Below are positions 49,981 through 59,968 of a stretch of DNA of 64,000 bases, in pieces; position 1 is the stretch's first letter, and the number at the start of each line of letters is the position of its first letter. The DNA is taken from assembly GCA_038231275.1 (NCBI GenBank), contig JBBRLQ010000034.1, forward strand, positions 11,924 to 75,923, read 5' to 3'. The notes under the pieces were generated by a model. That model was not told where the DNA came from and did no database searches. It worked only from the letters and a program-made list of their open reading frames with translations. The position numbers and the translations under genes are program-made. Origin of the DNA: Polyangiales bacterium (GTDB taxonomy: Bacteria; Myxococcota_A; Polyangia; Polyangiales; Polyangiaceae).

Positions 49981-50346
49981 ATGCACTCGACGACGCTCTC
50001 CTCGCTCGGTCTGTTCGCCCTCGCGCTCGGCACCTGCCTCGCGATCGGCTGCGGCGGCTCCCCGGACCCGTCCGGCGGCGGCGGCACGAACACGGACTAC
50101 AGCGTCCCCACGCCGCAAGGTGCGCCCGTCGGCGAGTCCTGCAACAGCGGCGGCGAAGGCTGCCCGTGCAACAACCTGGGCGAGCAGGTCGCGTGCAATG
50201 CGGGGAAGATCGAGATCGGCAAGTACGTCATGTGCGGCGGCCACAAGACCTGCGACCGCGACACGGGCACGTGGACCGCGTGCGTTCCGAACGTCACGGT
50301 CGACAACGGCTCGGGCACCCCCACGGGCGCGGCGAAGCCGCACTGA
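49981..50346 (+). CDS. Small Cys-rich lipoprotein
   Basis: AIGC lipobox; C...EGCPC...C...C.G..TC...W.AC. Confidence 0.7.
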   Translation: MHSTTLSSLGLFALALGTCLAIGCGGSPDPSGGGGTNTDYSVPTPQGAPVGESCNSGGEGCPCNNLGEQVACNAGKIEIGKYVMCGGHKTCDRDTGTWTACVPNVTVDNGSGTPTGAAKPH

Positions 50347-50412
50347 AGCATCACGCGGGGCGCCCCGCGCGCGCGAAGCGCTCCCCGCAGCCGAAGGGCC
50401 GTTCTAGATCGT

Positions 50413-51902
50413 TCAGCGGCAGCCCGGCATGCTCGTCGACGGGTCGATGATCGCCGAGTGATCGCCGAAGCCCGAGTCCATGCACGCCTGCCCGCCGGCG
50501 CACTGCGCGCCGAGGGCGATCGTCTGACCGCGGCGCTCGTACGACGAGAACGACTGCAGCTCGCTGCAATACCAGCCGTCGGCCTTCCCCGCGCACGAGT
50601 CCTTCTCGGGCGCGCGCGTGGCAGCGCAGCCCGCGATGGTAGAAGCAGGTGCAGGCACCGGCGCCCGGCGGCTGGACGCTCAGGTTGGGATTCGGAAGCT
50701 TCAGGCTGTTCTTGCAGCACAAATAGTCCGTGAAGCTCTGCGTCTTGCGCAGCGCAGCGAGCACGTCGCCCACGCTGCCCTTCGCGCACGCGAGGAGCGC
50801 GTCATCGGTCGTCGGCGTCCGTGCTGCGGCGCGGAAGGCAGCGGTGTCCTGACCGCGGGACCTCGATGGAAAACTGGCAGGCAGCGGGGTCCGCGCCGGC
50901 GGCCTTCGACGCCGCACATCCGTCGGCTTCGTAGCCGGCTTTCTGCGTCTCGTCGGGCCAGTTGTTGTACGGGTGGAGGTTGTAGAAATCGAGCGCATGC
51001 AGCAGCTGCGGGCCCGCCGGCTCGGCGAGGATCGCGCCGTAGTAGTCAGTTCACCGCCGCGCCCACGCTGAACTTCGCGCCGGGGTCGTAACACTCGCTC
51101 CCTTTGGTGCGCGCCTTCTCGATGACCGCAAGGACCATGGGCACGAGCAGCTGCGCCGGCAGCCCCGCGATCCCGTCGGGCTCATTCCATAGTTCGTACA
51201 CGTGAGGTGTCCCCGATGCGTCGTTTTGCAGACGATCGGCGATGGCCGCGCACGCGAACGTTTGATTGGCGCGCGAGAACGTGGCCCATGGCGTCGCCGC
51301 GCTGGTCGGGTCGTCGCGGTAGGGCTTGTAGCCGTCGAGGTTGCCGATCGTCATGACGACGCCGATCGGCGGCGAGTGCCCCTTATACTGCGCGAGATTG
51401 CGATCGGTGGGCGCGAGGACGCATTGGAGCGCCGCGCGCGCGCTGGCGACGTCGCCCGCAGCGATCGCGGGAATGCTGCGTGACGCGGGATCGGGCTGCT
51501 TGTCGCACGCCCATTTGGGATAGTAGCTCCCGCGAACATGGCCGATGTGGTTTTGGTCGAGCGTCGCGACGGGCTGCAGATCGTTGACGCCGAAGCGGGC
51601 GCCGCGCGCGTGGCTGTCGCGTCGACGGATCCGAGGCTCTTCGCGAACGACGTGAACAGCCTCGTGCGTGTCTGCTCGTCGAGATCGTCTCCACGCGTGC
51701 CGTCCGCTTTCGTGCGCGCGAGATACGAACCGGCGAAGACCGCCGCGACCTCGGAGAAGGGCGCGGGATCGGAGAGGGCCCACGCGCCCAACAAGACCGC
51801 GGCCCCGTGCGCGTCCTTGCCAACGATGTCCACACGCACGCGCCCGTCGTCTGCCGCCGTATCCTCCAGATCGAGCTCGCCGTCGAGAGGTCGCTCTGCC
51901 AT
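50413..51902 (-). pseudogene. Multiply frameshifted glycoside hydrolase (clan GH-A-like) with a Cys-rich C-terminal module
   Basis: Successive frames give YELWNEPD, then LDFYNLHPY, then SCAGKADGWYCSEL. Apparent shifts near 51600, 51047, 50850 and 50640. Confidence 0.6.
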
Positions 51903-52159
51903 CGCACTCGTTTGGCAGAGACATCGCCCCCTCCACGTTCGCGTGACCGGTTCGAAACGCATCCCGTGACGCCTGGAAGCTCGTGCGGAATAACCATCGT
52001 TTCGGCGTGCGGGGCGAAGTTCGCGCGGACAGGATTTTGGCGGCCACGCGCGTGGCGAGGGCCGACGCGGGTGCTTAGAATTCTGAGGTCGCAGAACACC
52101 CGCCACGGCGCGCGCAATCGCGCCACAACCGGTGGTCGCATCCGTGCGCCCGCCAGGGA

Positions 52160-53362
52160 ATGGAGGACCACTTGCTCACCGATGCGCTCCCGCCGCGTCG
52201 CGAAGGCGCCGAGCTTTCGCAGTCCGCCCCGCCTCCGCCGGTGTCCAGGTACGGACCCGCTCGCGCACGCGCGGTCGCGCTCACTCGTGAGGAAGAAACC
52301 GAGCTCGCAGAGCGCATCCGCCACGCGGAGCGCGACCTCGTCGGCGCGCTGCTGACCAGCTTCGGCGGCGCCCGCGAGCTCGGGAAAGTGCGGAGCGAAG
52401 TCGCGGCAGGACAGCTGGCCTTGTCGGACCTGCTTCGCACGATGGACGGCGACGGAGCGGCGGCGACCGGCGAGCTAACGTGCCTTTCGGCCGCGCTGAC
52501 CGCGAGCGGCGCCACGCGCATCAACGCCCTCGCTGAGCTCCGCCTCCACCCGAGGATCTTGGATCGGCTCGAGGGCGCAGCGCGAACCGACGTCGACGCG
52601 ACGACGATCGCGCGCATCCGCGACGCCAAGGCGCGCGCGCGCGCGGCCAAGGAGGAGCTCTTCGCCCGGAGCGCGTCCCTCGTCCAGTCGATTGCGTCGC
52701 GGTATCGGTCGCGTCACCTCGCGGTCGCCGACCTCGTGCAGGAGGGAAACATCGGACTCCTCCACGCCATCGACAAATTCGATCCGGCCAAGGGCTGTCG
52801 CTTGCGCACGTATGCGTCGTTTTGGGTAAAACAAGGAATTTTGCGGGCGATCGCCGAGAAGGCGCCGACGATCCGCGTGCCCATTCACCTCGCCGATAGC
52901 CGCTCGCGCGTTCGCCGCGCGCACGCCGCGATCGCGCGGGAGAGCGCGGCGAATCCGTCGGCGGCCGCGCTGTCCGAGCGGAGCGGCGTGCCGCTGCCCA
53001 AGGTGCAGGCGATCCTGGCGCTCGCGCCGGAGCCCGCCAGCCTCGACACGCCGCTCGACGGGGGAGCCGCGACGTTCGCCGATCGCGTCGTCAACACCAC
53101 GAGCCCTCTGCCCGAGGACGAGGCTGCCGACGCGCAGCTCCGCGCGCGCGCCGTCGAGCTGCTCTCCAGTCTCAGCGAGCGTGAGCGCCGCGTGCTGCAT
53201 TCTCGCTTCGGCCTCGACGGCGCGCCGGAGCGCACGCTCGAGGAGATCGGCCTGACGATGGAGCTCACCCGCGAGCGCGTCAGGCAGATCGAGATGCGCG
53301 CGCTCGCGAAGCTTCGGGCGACGTGCGAGGCACGCGCCTTTCGGCCCGAGTTCCGCGCCTGA
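52160..53362 (+). CDS. Sigma-70-family RNA polymerase sigma factor (RpoD/RpoS-like, no region 1.1)
   Basis: LTREEE, DLVQEGNIGL, TIRVPIH, SLDTP and TLEEIG...TRERVRQIE. Confidence 0.92.
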   Translation: MEDHLLTDALPPRREGAELSQSAPPPPVSRYGPARARAVALTREEETELAERIRHAERDLVGALLTSFGGARELGKVRSEVAAGQLALSDLLRTMDGDGAAATGELTCLSAALTASGATRINALAELRLHPRILDRLEGAARTDVDATTIARIRDAKARARAAKEELFARSASLVQSIASRYRSRHLAVADLVQEGNIGLLHAIDKFDPAKGCRLRTYASFWVKQGILRAIAEKAPTIRVPIHLADSRSRVRRAHAAIARESAANPSAAALSERSGVPLPKVQAILALAPEPASLDTPLDGGAATFADRVVNTTSPLPEDEAADAQLRARAVELLSSLSERERRVLHSRFGLDGAPERTLEEIGLTMELTRERVRQIEMRALAKLRATCEARAFRPEFRA

Positions 53363-53463
53363 CGGGTGATCCTCCTCGCTGCAGCGCGGGGACCGGCTGA
53401 ATCGCGCTTACGGCGTGACGAACGAGGCGTCGCCGCGGCCCGTGCGGTGCAGAGGCCTCGAGC

Positions 53464-53886
53464 GTGCGACGCGTGCTCGTTCTCGTCTTCGCTCTTTTAC
53501 CGGCCTGCGCGTCCGCGCGCGTCACGGTGCGCGTGCGCGATCCGTGGCAGGTCGCCGTGGTTCGCGTGACCGACGTGGGCGATGTGCCACTGCGTACGTC
53601 CGGCAGCGCGTGCGCGTGGCGGGACGCCGACGGCTCGCCGCATTTCTGCCAGCGCGGCGACTTCGCCGTCGCGTTCGACGGCGCCATCACGACGCCATCG
53701 GTCCGGCGTTTCGGTGAGACGGTCCGTCTCGTTGCGCACCTCCAGCGCGAGACGCGCTGCCGCAAGCCGCGTCGTCGCTGCCTCCTCAACGACGGTGAGA
53801 TCGCGTTCGTCACGTCGGCGGCGAACGTGCTGGGCATTTGGCCGGCCGTGCCGCCGGAGCCGCCGCGACCGCCGGTGGGGCACTGA
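53464..53886 (+). CDS. Putative lipoprotein, hypothetical
   Basis: MRRVLVLVFALLPAC signal peptide/lipobox. Confidence 0.5.
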   Translation: MRRVLVLVFALLPACASARVTVRVRDPWQVAVVRVTDVGDVPLRTSGSACAWRDADGSPHFCQRGDFAVAFDGAITTPSVRRFGETVRLVAHLQRETRCRKPRRRCLLNDGEIAFVTSAANVLGIWPAVPPEPPRPPVGH

Positions 53887-54021
53887 CGTCCAGCCGGGGG
53901 GCGGGCCTCGAGCGCGTCCAGTGCCGCTCGCGGAGCACCTCGTCGAAGAGAGTCTCCGGTACTCGCGCACGCAGCGAACCCGCGTTTTGGGTTTCGGCAC
54001 CACGCGAAACCTATCTGGCCC

Positions 54022-54037
54022 GGGAACGCGCTTTGCA
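54022..54037 (+). promoter_or_regulatory. Candidate sigma-54 promoter
   Basis: GGGAACGCGCTTTGCA, 12 nt before ATG 54050. Confidence 0.5.
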
Positions 54038-54049
54038 GCCGTGCCGGGA

Positions 54050-54634
54050 ATGAACAAGTTTCTTCTTGTGGCTTCGCTTTCGGCGATGGGCGCGGCCTGC
54101 GGTGGGCGTGTGGATCTCCCACCCGGCGGCGATCCCTCAGCGGCTCCACCCTCCGGCGTCGCGAGCATACCCGACGGCGGCGATACGGCATCGACGTCGT
54201 CGGACGCGTCCGACGGTGGGTATCGTGGTGGTGGAGGATCGAGCTCCGGCGGCGGAGGCGGTCACGTCGCCTGTACGCTGGGGGCGCCCCGCGCGATCGG
54301 CTCGATCGACGAGCTGAAAGGGTTTCTCAACGGGCGATGGCGCGTATGCCGCGGCCGCTTCCCGACGCCGGACGACCCCGCCGACGCGCTCGGTATCGCG
54401 TTCCAAGGAGACGACGCGACCTTCTTGGTGTCGTCGGGCGCGGGCCTCGTCGCCGGCGGCGGGAGCGACTACCAGCGCTTCCTCGCGTGGGAGAGCTACG
54501 CCAACGTCGCCTTCACCCTGTGCCTCGAATCGCATGGGAAGGGACAATGCCTGCCGCTGTCGTTCAGCGACGCGCCACGCCACCTGCGGATGCAGGCCAG
54601 CGGCACGAACATCGATCTCGAGCCTGCTCCCTGA
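54050..54634 (+). CDS. Lipoprotein, hypothetical
   Basis: GAAC lipobox, Gly/Ser linker, L.GRW..C domain. Confidence 0.68.
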   Translation: MNKFLLVASLSAMGAACGGRVDLPPGGDPSAAPPSGVASIPDGGDTASTSSDASDGGYRGGGGSSSGGGGGHVACTLGAPRAIGSIDELKGFLNGRWRVCRGRFPTPDDPADALGIAFQGDDATFLVSSGAGLVAGGGSDYQRFLAWESYANVAFTLCLESHGKGQCLPLSFSDAPRHLRMQASGTNIDLEPAP

Positions 54635-54870
54635 CAATGCGTTCAAGATGTCGATGGGCGTGCCGCCAGGCGGCGTGACGCGGCTTCGTTTACCGAAGAA
54701 AGATCGTCGGCGAAATTTGGGGCCCGGTCATGCGGTCCGATCTGGCTTGCCGTCTGATCTGGACGCCCACTATCTCCTCACCACGTTGCCCATCACGAAG
54801 CGGGCGAAGCTCCCCACCGCGGAAATCGTCCGCCGTCAGCGTGCACGAAGCGGGTGATGGTTACGATGCG

Positions 54871-56406
54871 TCACCGCGCCGCGCACTTCGGATGGCTTCC
54901 GTCGAACTCGCTCCGAAGCCGCGCCTCCGGCCATTTCGCTCGCTCCGCCATGTTCTCGCGCTGCCGCGGCGGCGTGAACTTGTAGAGCTCGGGGTGCTTC
55001 GCGATCTGCTTGGAGAGCGCCCACGCCGCGGCGCAGTCACCCGCGTTCGCCAGGCAGTCGGTCCCGTGGCGCTCGAGGTTGTTGGGACCGAGGAGCAGCT
55101 CGTGATCGAACTCGTCCTTCGGGGGCGTGGTCGGAAGAAGGTCGCGCAGGGTCTTCACGTGCTCGGCGCAGAAGGCGACCTCCTTCTTCGCGTCATGGGC
55201 GAGCTGAAGCGCCAGGCTCGCGCGAAGGATCTTGTCGCGGGCCGTCAGGTCGTTGCCCTGGCAGTACATCGCCGCCTGTTGATCGACAGTGCGGTCGAGC
55301 GACTCCGGGGACGAGTCGGCCCCGCGGAGCTTTTCGAAGGCCTTGCGAACCAGCAGTCGACCGGCGGTGCACTGTCCCGCGAGCATCTGGCACTCGGCGC
55401 GCAACATGGCCCAATACGACGCGGTGTTGGTCGAAAGCCCGCCGGGGCGCGGGTCGAGCTGGTCGTGCTGGTCGAGCTCCGCGAGGCATCCCCTTCCATC
55501 GCGCGAGGCGAATTTGGTGCGCGCGGCGTCGACGTGCTCTGCGGCGCTCTTCTCGCGGTCGGTCGACTCCTTCAGTCGGCCGGCGAGGTTCGCCGCCGGC
55601 GGATCGTCAGTCGCCCGCGCGTCCTTCGCGTCTGGGCTCTCACCGTCGGTGAGCTCGCGGAGGGCGAGCCGGATCGGGACCTTGCAGGCCTGCGCCTCCT
55701 TTGCGGTCTCGCCGCGGCAGCTCGCGAGGACGCCGCCGCGCTTTTCGGCCGTCGACTCCGTCGACCGGTTGCCCCCAGCGGAGAAACCGAACGCGCTCGC
55801 CCCTGCCGTCCCTTTCAGGTTCGACTGGGCCCCGAGGGCGAAGGCTCCGAGGTTGTACCCGTAGACGAAATGGGTCGCGTCCTTGCAACCTGCAACCTTC
55901 CTGAGCGAGCCGCGATAGATCGCTGGGCGGGTCGCCGTGCGGGTCCCGCTGACGAAGTACTCCATGTGGAATTTCTCGCCCCCTTGGACGCGCCCGCCGA
56001 GGGTCGCGGCGCCGAGCGGGAGCTTCGCGTAGAGCTCGCCTTCGTCGTGGATGTCGAGCGACTCGAGCGATCCGCTCGTCCATTCGATGGGTTTGTACGA
56101 GCCGAAGGAGCCCTTCACCGAGTCGTCGCTGCACGCGTCGAGGACCTTCAGATCGCACCCCTCGTACCTCACGAACACGATGTCGCTCGCCGTGAGCGAC
56201 TCGAAGTTCGACATGTCCGTCGCGTCCCACTCGATGATGAACGGGCGGTCGTGGTTCTTCGGGTGGCACTTGTTCTTGCCGGCGAACGACTGTGACATGC
56301 CCGCGCTCTGAACCTGGTCGACCGACTTCGTGCCCGGCGGAGAGCTTGCGCCGCCGCACGCGGCGAGCAGAACGAGCACCGCAATCACGCCCTTGGCTTG
56401 GCTCAT
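54871..56406 (-). CDS. Myxobacterial lipoprotein (PFIIEWD...VRYEGC domain plus helical Cys-containing C-terminus)
   Basis: LAAC lipobox; long ORF with coding-like codon bias. Confidence 0.75.
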   Translation of the reverse strand: MSQAKGVIAVLVLLAACGGASSPPGTKSVDQVQSAGMSQSFAGKNKCHPKNHDRPFIIEWDATDMSNFESLTASDIVFVRYEGCDLKVLDACSDDSVKGSFGSYKPIEWTSGSLESLDIHDEGELYAKLPLGAATLGGRVQGGEKFHMEYFVSGTRTATRPAIYRGSLRKVAGCKDATHFVYGYNLGAFALGAQSNLKGTAGASAFGFSAGGNRSTESTAEKRGGVLASCRGETAKEAQACKVPIRLALRELTDGESPDAKDARATDDPPAANLAGRLKESTDREKSAAEHVDAARTKFASRDGRGCLAELDQHDQLDPRPGGLSTNTASYWAMLRAECQMLAGQCTAGRLLVRKAFEKLRGADSSPESLDRTVDQQAAMYCQGNDLTARDKILRASLALQLAHDAKKEVAFCAEHVKTLRDLLPTTPPKDEFDHELLLGPNNLERHGTDCLANAGDCAAAWALSKQIAKHPELYKFTPPRQRENMAERAKWPEARLRSEFDGSHPKCAAR

Positions 56407-56562
56407 GTCCTAGTCCCTGCGCGAACCCTGCGCCCGCGCTGCGCTCCGACGAAACTAGCGCACGCTTGGGAAAGCGCGACGCGATAAATGCTCCTTCGCT
56501 CACCCAACTCCGACGGTGGACTACGCTGTCCCTGTGGCACACCGCGTCTGTCCTGGGAACCG

Positions 56563-57882
56563 ATGAGGCCGCGCGTCTTGCTCGTCGGTCCGATCCTCGT
56601 CGCGCTCGCGTGCGGGCGTGAACGCCCGAAGACCCCGGCGCAGGCGCCACCTCCGTCGATCGCCCCGCCGGCGGCGCACGTCGCCGACGCCGCGGGTGTC
56701 GCCAGACCGTCCGACCTGAGCTACGTCACCGCCTACGCGTCGCCGTCCCAGAGCTCTCGCGTCGCTGTGGCACGACGAACGCTCGCGCCGCTCGCCCGAC
56801 GGCTGCGCGGCTGGCCGGAAGGCTATCCGTCGACCAGCGTAGGCGCGTGGGGCAGGACGACGACGCCGAATTTCGTGCTCGTCTCGCCGGATGCCAAGCG
56901 CGTCGCGGTCGACTGGGGGCACACGTTCGATCTGCGCGACGCCGCCGGCAACTTCGTCGACGCGACGACGAGCGACGGGCAACGTGTGGGGGGCGTCTCG
57001 CCCGAGCACCTGCTTCTGACGAACGACGTGCTCTTCGTGGACGGTCACGCCATGCGGCTTTCCGGGGCCCGCGTCGTCGACATCCGCGCGGGGTGCGGCG
57101 GCGCCAACATCCTCGCCCAGATCGTCGACGCCGATCGATGCAGGGCCGTGATGTACACGCCCGGTCACCCGCACGGCGGGGGCTCTGCGGCGTGGGTCGC
57201 CACCGAGCGCTTCTACGACGAGAAGTCTCCGCGCCCTTACGAAGGGGACGACGGCGCGCCGCGCGTGACCCTTCGCGAGCTGTTGCCGAACGCTGCGGTT
57301 TTCGGGGCGGATGGAACCGCAGTGCTCACGTCGACATCGCTGGGGGGCAAGGCGGCGGAGTTCCACCTCACGAGTGTTGCCGCGGACGGTCGAACCGGGA
57401 CGGTCACGTTGCCCTACGCCTTTCCGACCAAGCCCGCGCTGAGCGTGATCCCGCCGAACATCGCGCTCGTGGGCGCGGCGTACGGCGCCTCGGTCGACTT
57501 CGCGCGCGCGGTTCACGTTCTGGACGCAGTCGGCCACGAGGTCTGGAGCGCGGTCGTGCCGTTCGATGTGAAGCAGCCGCCCATCGATTGCGCGGGGCGC
57601 GTCTGCGTCGCGGGAGACGGCCTCGCCGCGCTCGATCACGGGCGCGTGGCGTGGGTGCGTTTCGAAGGCGAGCGCGTGTACGCGACCGCGTTCGAGGACG
57701 GGAGCCTCGCCGTGAGCCGCGGGCGGGCGCTGCACATCCTGTCGCGCGACGGCATCGATCAGCAGGTGCTCTCGGTGGCCGCAGGAGAGGCGATTACGAC
57801 GCCGCCGGCCATCGGGCACGACGGCGCGGTCTGGGTGGCGACGGTGGAGGCCGTCTACGTGGCGCGGCCCACCTTCCGCTGA
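56563..57882 (+). CDS. Lipoprotein with PQQ-like beta-propeller repeats
   Basis: ALAC lipobox; ITTPPAIGHDGAVWVAT C-terminal blade. Confidence 0.65.
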   Translation: MRPRVLLVGPILVALACGRERPKTPAQAPPPSIAPPAAHVADAAGVARPSDLSYVTAYASPSQSSRVAVARRTLAPLARRLRGWPEGYPSTSVGAWGRTTTPNFVLVSPDAKRVAVDWGHTFDLRDAAGNFVDATTSDGQRVGGVSPEHLLLTNDVLFVDGHAMRLSGARVVDIRAGCGGANILAQIVDADRCRAVMYTPGHPHGGGSAAWVATERFYDEKSPRPYEGDDGAPRVTLRELLPNAAVFGADGTAVLTSTSLGGKAAEFHLTSVAADGRTGTVTLPYAFPTKPALSVIPPNIALVGAAYGASVDFARAVHVLDAVGHEVWSAVVPFDVKQPPIDCAGRVCVAGDGLAALDHGRVAWVRFEGERVYATAFEDGSLAVSRGRALHILSRDGIDQQVLSVAAGEAITTPPAIGHDGAVWVATVEAVYVARPTFR

Positions 57883-57954
57883 GCGGAGCCGCTCGGCGCC
57901 AGCGCCAAGGCAAGACATCGCAAGGCAAGTCGGGCTCGACGCGACCTGAGGTGC

Positions 57955-58872
57955 CTATTTCGTCACGTCGACGGTCACGTTATCGAGGAAGAGGACGAGG
58001 TCGGGGGTACCGAGCGCCCTCTGCGTCGCGCCGAGATCGAGGCGGACCCCTGCTACCGGGAGCCAGCCGACGAGCGTGGGCTTCGGCGGGGCGAGCGTGA
58101 TCCCCTGCTTGTCGTAGATCGCGGTGTTCATCGTTCCGTTCACGACGTCGACGGTGAGACTCACGATCACCCAATCCGCGTACGCGAGCGAACCGCCGTC
58201 ATTTGCGGCGGCCCAGATGGGCGGGGACACCACGACGAAGGGGCCGCCGTCCGATTCGTGCACCACCCTCACGCCGCTCGAGCGCCAGTTGAGGTGCGCT
58301 TCTCCGACCGTGACTCCACCGGCGTTGAGGAGAGCCAGCACCGGGAGGTCGAGGGTCGGAACGGCGCCGTCCTCGAGGTTCCAGTCGGAATGCAGCTCGG
58401 ATCGCATCGCGTAGGTCAGCGTGACCGTCTTGATGAGCCCGCCGGCATCCAGCGTCTCGTAGAGGAACGCGTTGTCGCGGGCCGAGACGTCGATGCGCGC
58501 CGCGTTCGGCGATGAGAACGCGTACGAGGTCGACCACGTGAGCGAAGCGTCGGCGACGCGGAGGAGGCCGGTCCAGTTCTTTCCAGGCGAATCGCCGTCG
58601 TGCAGGTCGTCGAAGTCGGCGCAAAAGAGATGTCCGCCGTCGCACCAACGTGCGGCCGGGGCGTCCGCGGCTCCGTCCGCGGTCGCTTCCGTGGTCGCGT
58701 CGGCTCCGATGACATCGGCGAGGTTGGGCGCGTCGGTACCCGAAGTCGCATCGGGGAGGCCATCGGGGGGCGGGACGTACGAAACGTCCTCGATGCCGAG
58801 CAGCGTGGTGCACGCGACCGTCGCCACGCTGGTGCCGAGGATCATCGCGAGGGCCCGCTGCCGTCTGGTCAT
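57955..58872 (-). CDS. Lipoprotein with a beta-sandwich (FCADFD...DNV) domain
   Basis: TVAC lipobox followed by LLGIED, DA-rich linker, HLFCADFD. Confidence 0.7.
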   Translation of the reverse strand: MTRRQRALAMILGTSVATVACTTLLGIEDVSYVPPPDGLPDATSGTDAPNLADVIGADATTEATADGAADAPAARWCDGGHLFCADFDDLHDGDSPGKNWTGLLRVADASLTWSTSYAFSSPNAARIDVSARDNAFLYETLDAGGLIKTVTLTYAMRSELHSDWNLEDGAVPTLDLPVLALLNAGGVTVGEAHLNWRSSGVRVVHESDGGPFVVVSPPIWAAANDGGSLAYADWVIVSLTVDVVNGTMNTAIYDKQGITLAPPKPTLVGWLPVAGVRLDLGATQRALGTPDLVLFLDNVTVDVTK

Positions 58873-58930
58873 CCCAGCTCCAAGGATACAGGCTTGCGCG
58901 CGGGGTGCGACGGCGCGCGTCTTCGGTCCC

Positions 58931-59884
58931 TCACGATTTCCGCGGGAAGATCGTCGCGCGCGCTGCGCCGGCGATGAGCGCGACCGCAGGATGGGCGATG
59001 CGCCGCTCGACCGTGATCGCGTAGTAGCGCGTGCGGAGCTTGTCGAGCCGCCCAACGCGGCGAAGGCCCGCGATGCGTCCGCCGGGGACCGCGATCGCGT
59101 CGGGCGCGGCGAAGAGTCCGAGGCCCGCCTCCGCGAACGTCCCGAGGAGCGCCGTGTCCTGGAACTCGCCGACGACGTTCGGCGTGATGTCCTTCTCCGC
59201 GAACCATAGGTCGAGCTCGCGGCGAAGGGCGGTGTTCTGGGCCGGCAGGAGGAACGGCGCGCCGTCGAGCGATCTTGGGAAGCGCACGCGCAGCTCCGCC
59301 GCCATGCGCGCGGTCGCGAACACGCTCACGCCGCACTCCCCGAGCAGGTGGCTGTACAGGCGCGACGCCGCGCCCCCGCGCGCTGCGGACGGCGCGTCCG
59401 TCGTCGTATCCGCCCATCCCGGGGGCGCCGGCGCATCGGCGATGACGAGATCGAGCGCGTGCGTGGCCAGCGAGGAGAGGAGGCGGCTCGGCGGGCCCTC
59501 GAAGCACTCGACCTTCACCCGCTCCGTCGCACGGAGCGCGGGCTCGAGGATGCGATACGCGACGAGCTTGGGGACCACGTCGGCGATCCCGACGGCGAGG
59601 CGCTGTGGCAAACCGGTAGGTTTTCCCTTCACCGTGTCGAGGAGCTCGCCCCCCAGCGCGAAAATCTCGTCTGCGTACCGCTTCACCGTCAGCCCCACTT
59701 CGGTGAGCGCCAGCCGCCGACCCTCGCGGCGAAGCAGCCGCTCTCCCAGCGCGTCCTCCAGCGCGTGGAGCTGCTCGCTCACGGTGGGCTGCGTCACGCG
59801 GAGGAGCTTCGCGGCGCGGGACACGCTCCCCTCGCGCGCCACGACCGCGAAATACCGCAGGTGGTGGTAGTTCAGCCACTCCAC
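58931..59884 (-). CDS. nhaR: LysR-family regulator, NhaR-like
   Basis: WLNYHHLRYF.VVAREGS, VGIADVVPKLVAY, Y.H.LGEC, FP.SL.GAP.LLP, GEFQD.AL, ERRI.HPAV. Confidence 0.88.
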   Translation of the reverse strand: MEWLNYHHLRYFAVVAREGSVSRAAKLLRVTQPTVSEQLHALEDALGERLLRREGRRLALTEVGLTVKRYADEIFALGGELLDTVKGKPTGLPQRLAVGIADVVPKLVAYRILEPALRATERVKVECFEGPPSRLLSSLATHALDLVIADAPAPPGWADTTTDAPSAARGGAASRLYSHLLGECGVSVFATARMAAELRVRFPRSLDGAPFLLPAQNTALRRELDLWFAEKDITPNVVGEFQDTALLGTFAEAGLGLFAAPDAIAVPGGRIAGLRRVGRLDKLRTRYYAITVERRIAHPAVALIAGAARATIFPRKS

Positions 59885-59968
59885 GGATCCAATCTATAGG
59901 TTTTTCCTTTGTATTGGCAGGGATTACCGATTGGCGCACCTTGGTTCGGCGACGCACTTCTGTACTTC

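Noticed and set aside
54640..54860. Possible small ORF or gene remnant (…DAHYLLTTLPITKRAKLP…)
   Set aside because: No clear start or SD and no recognisable family; cannot be supported.
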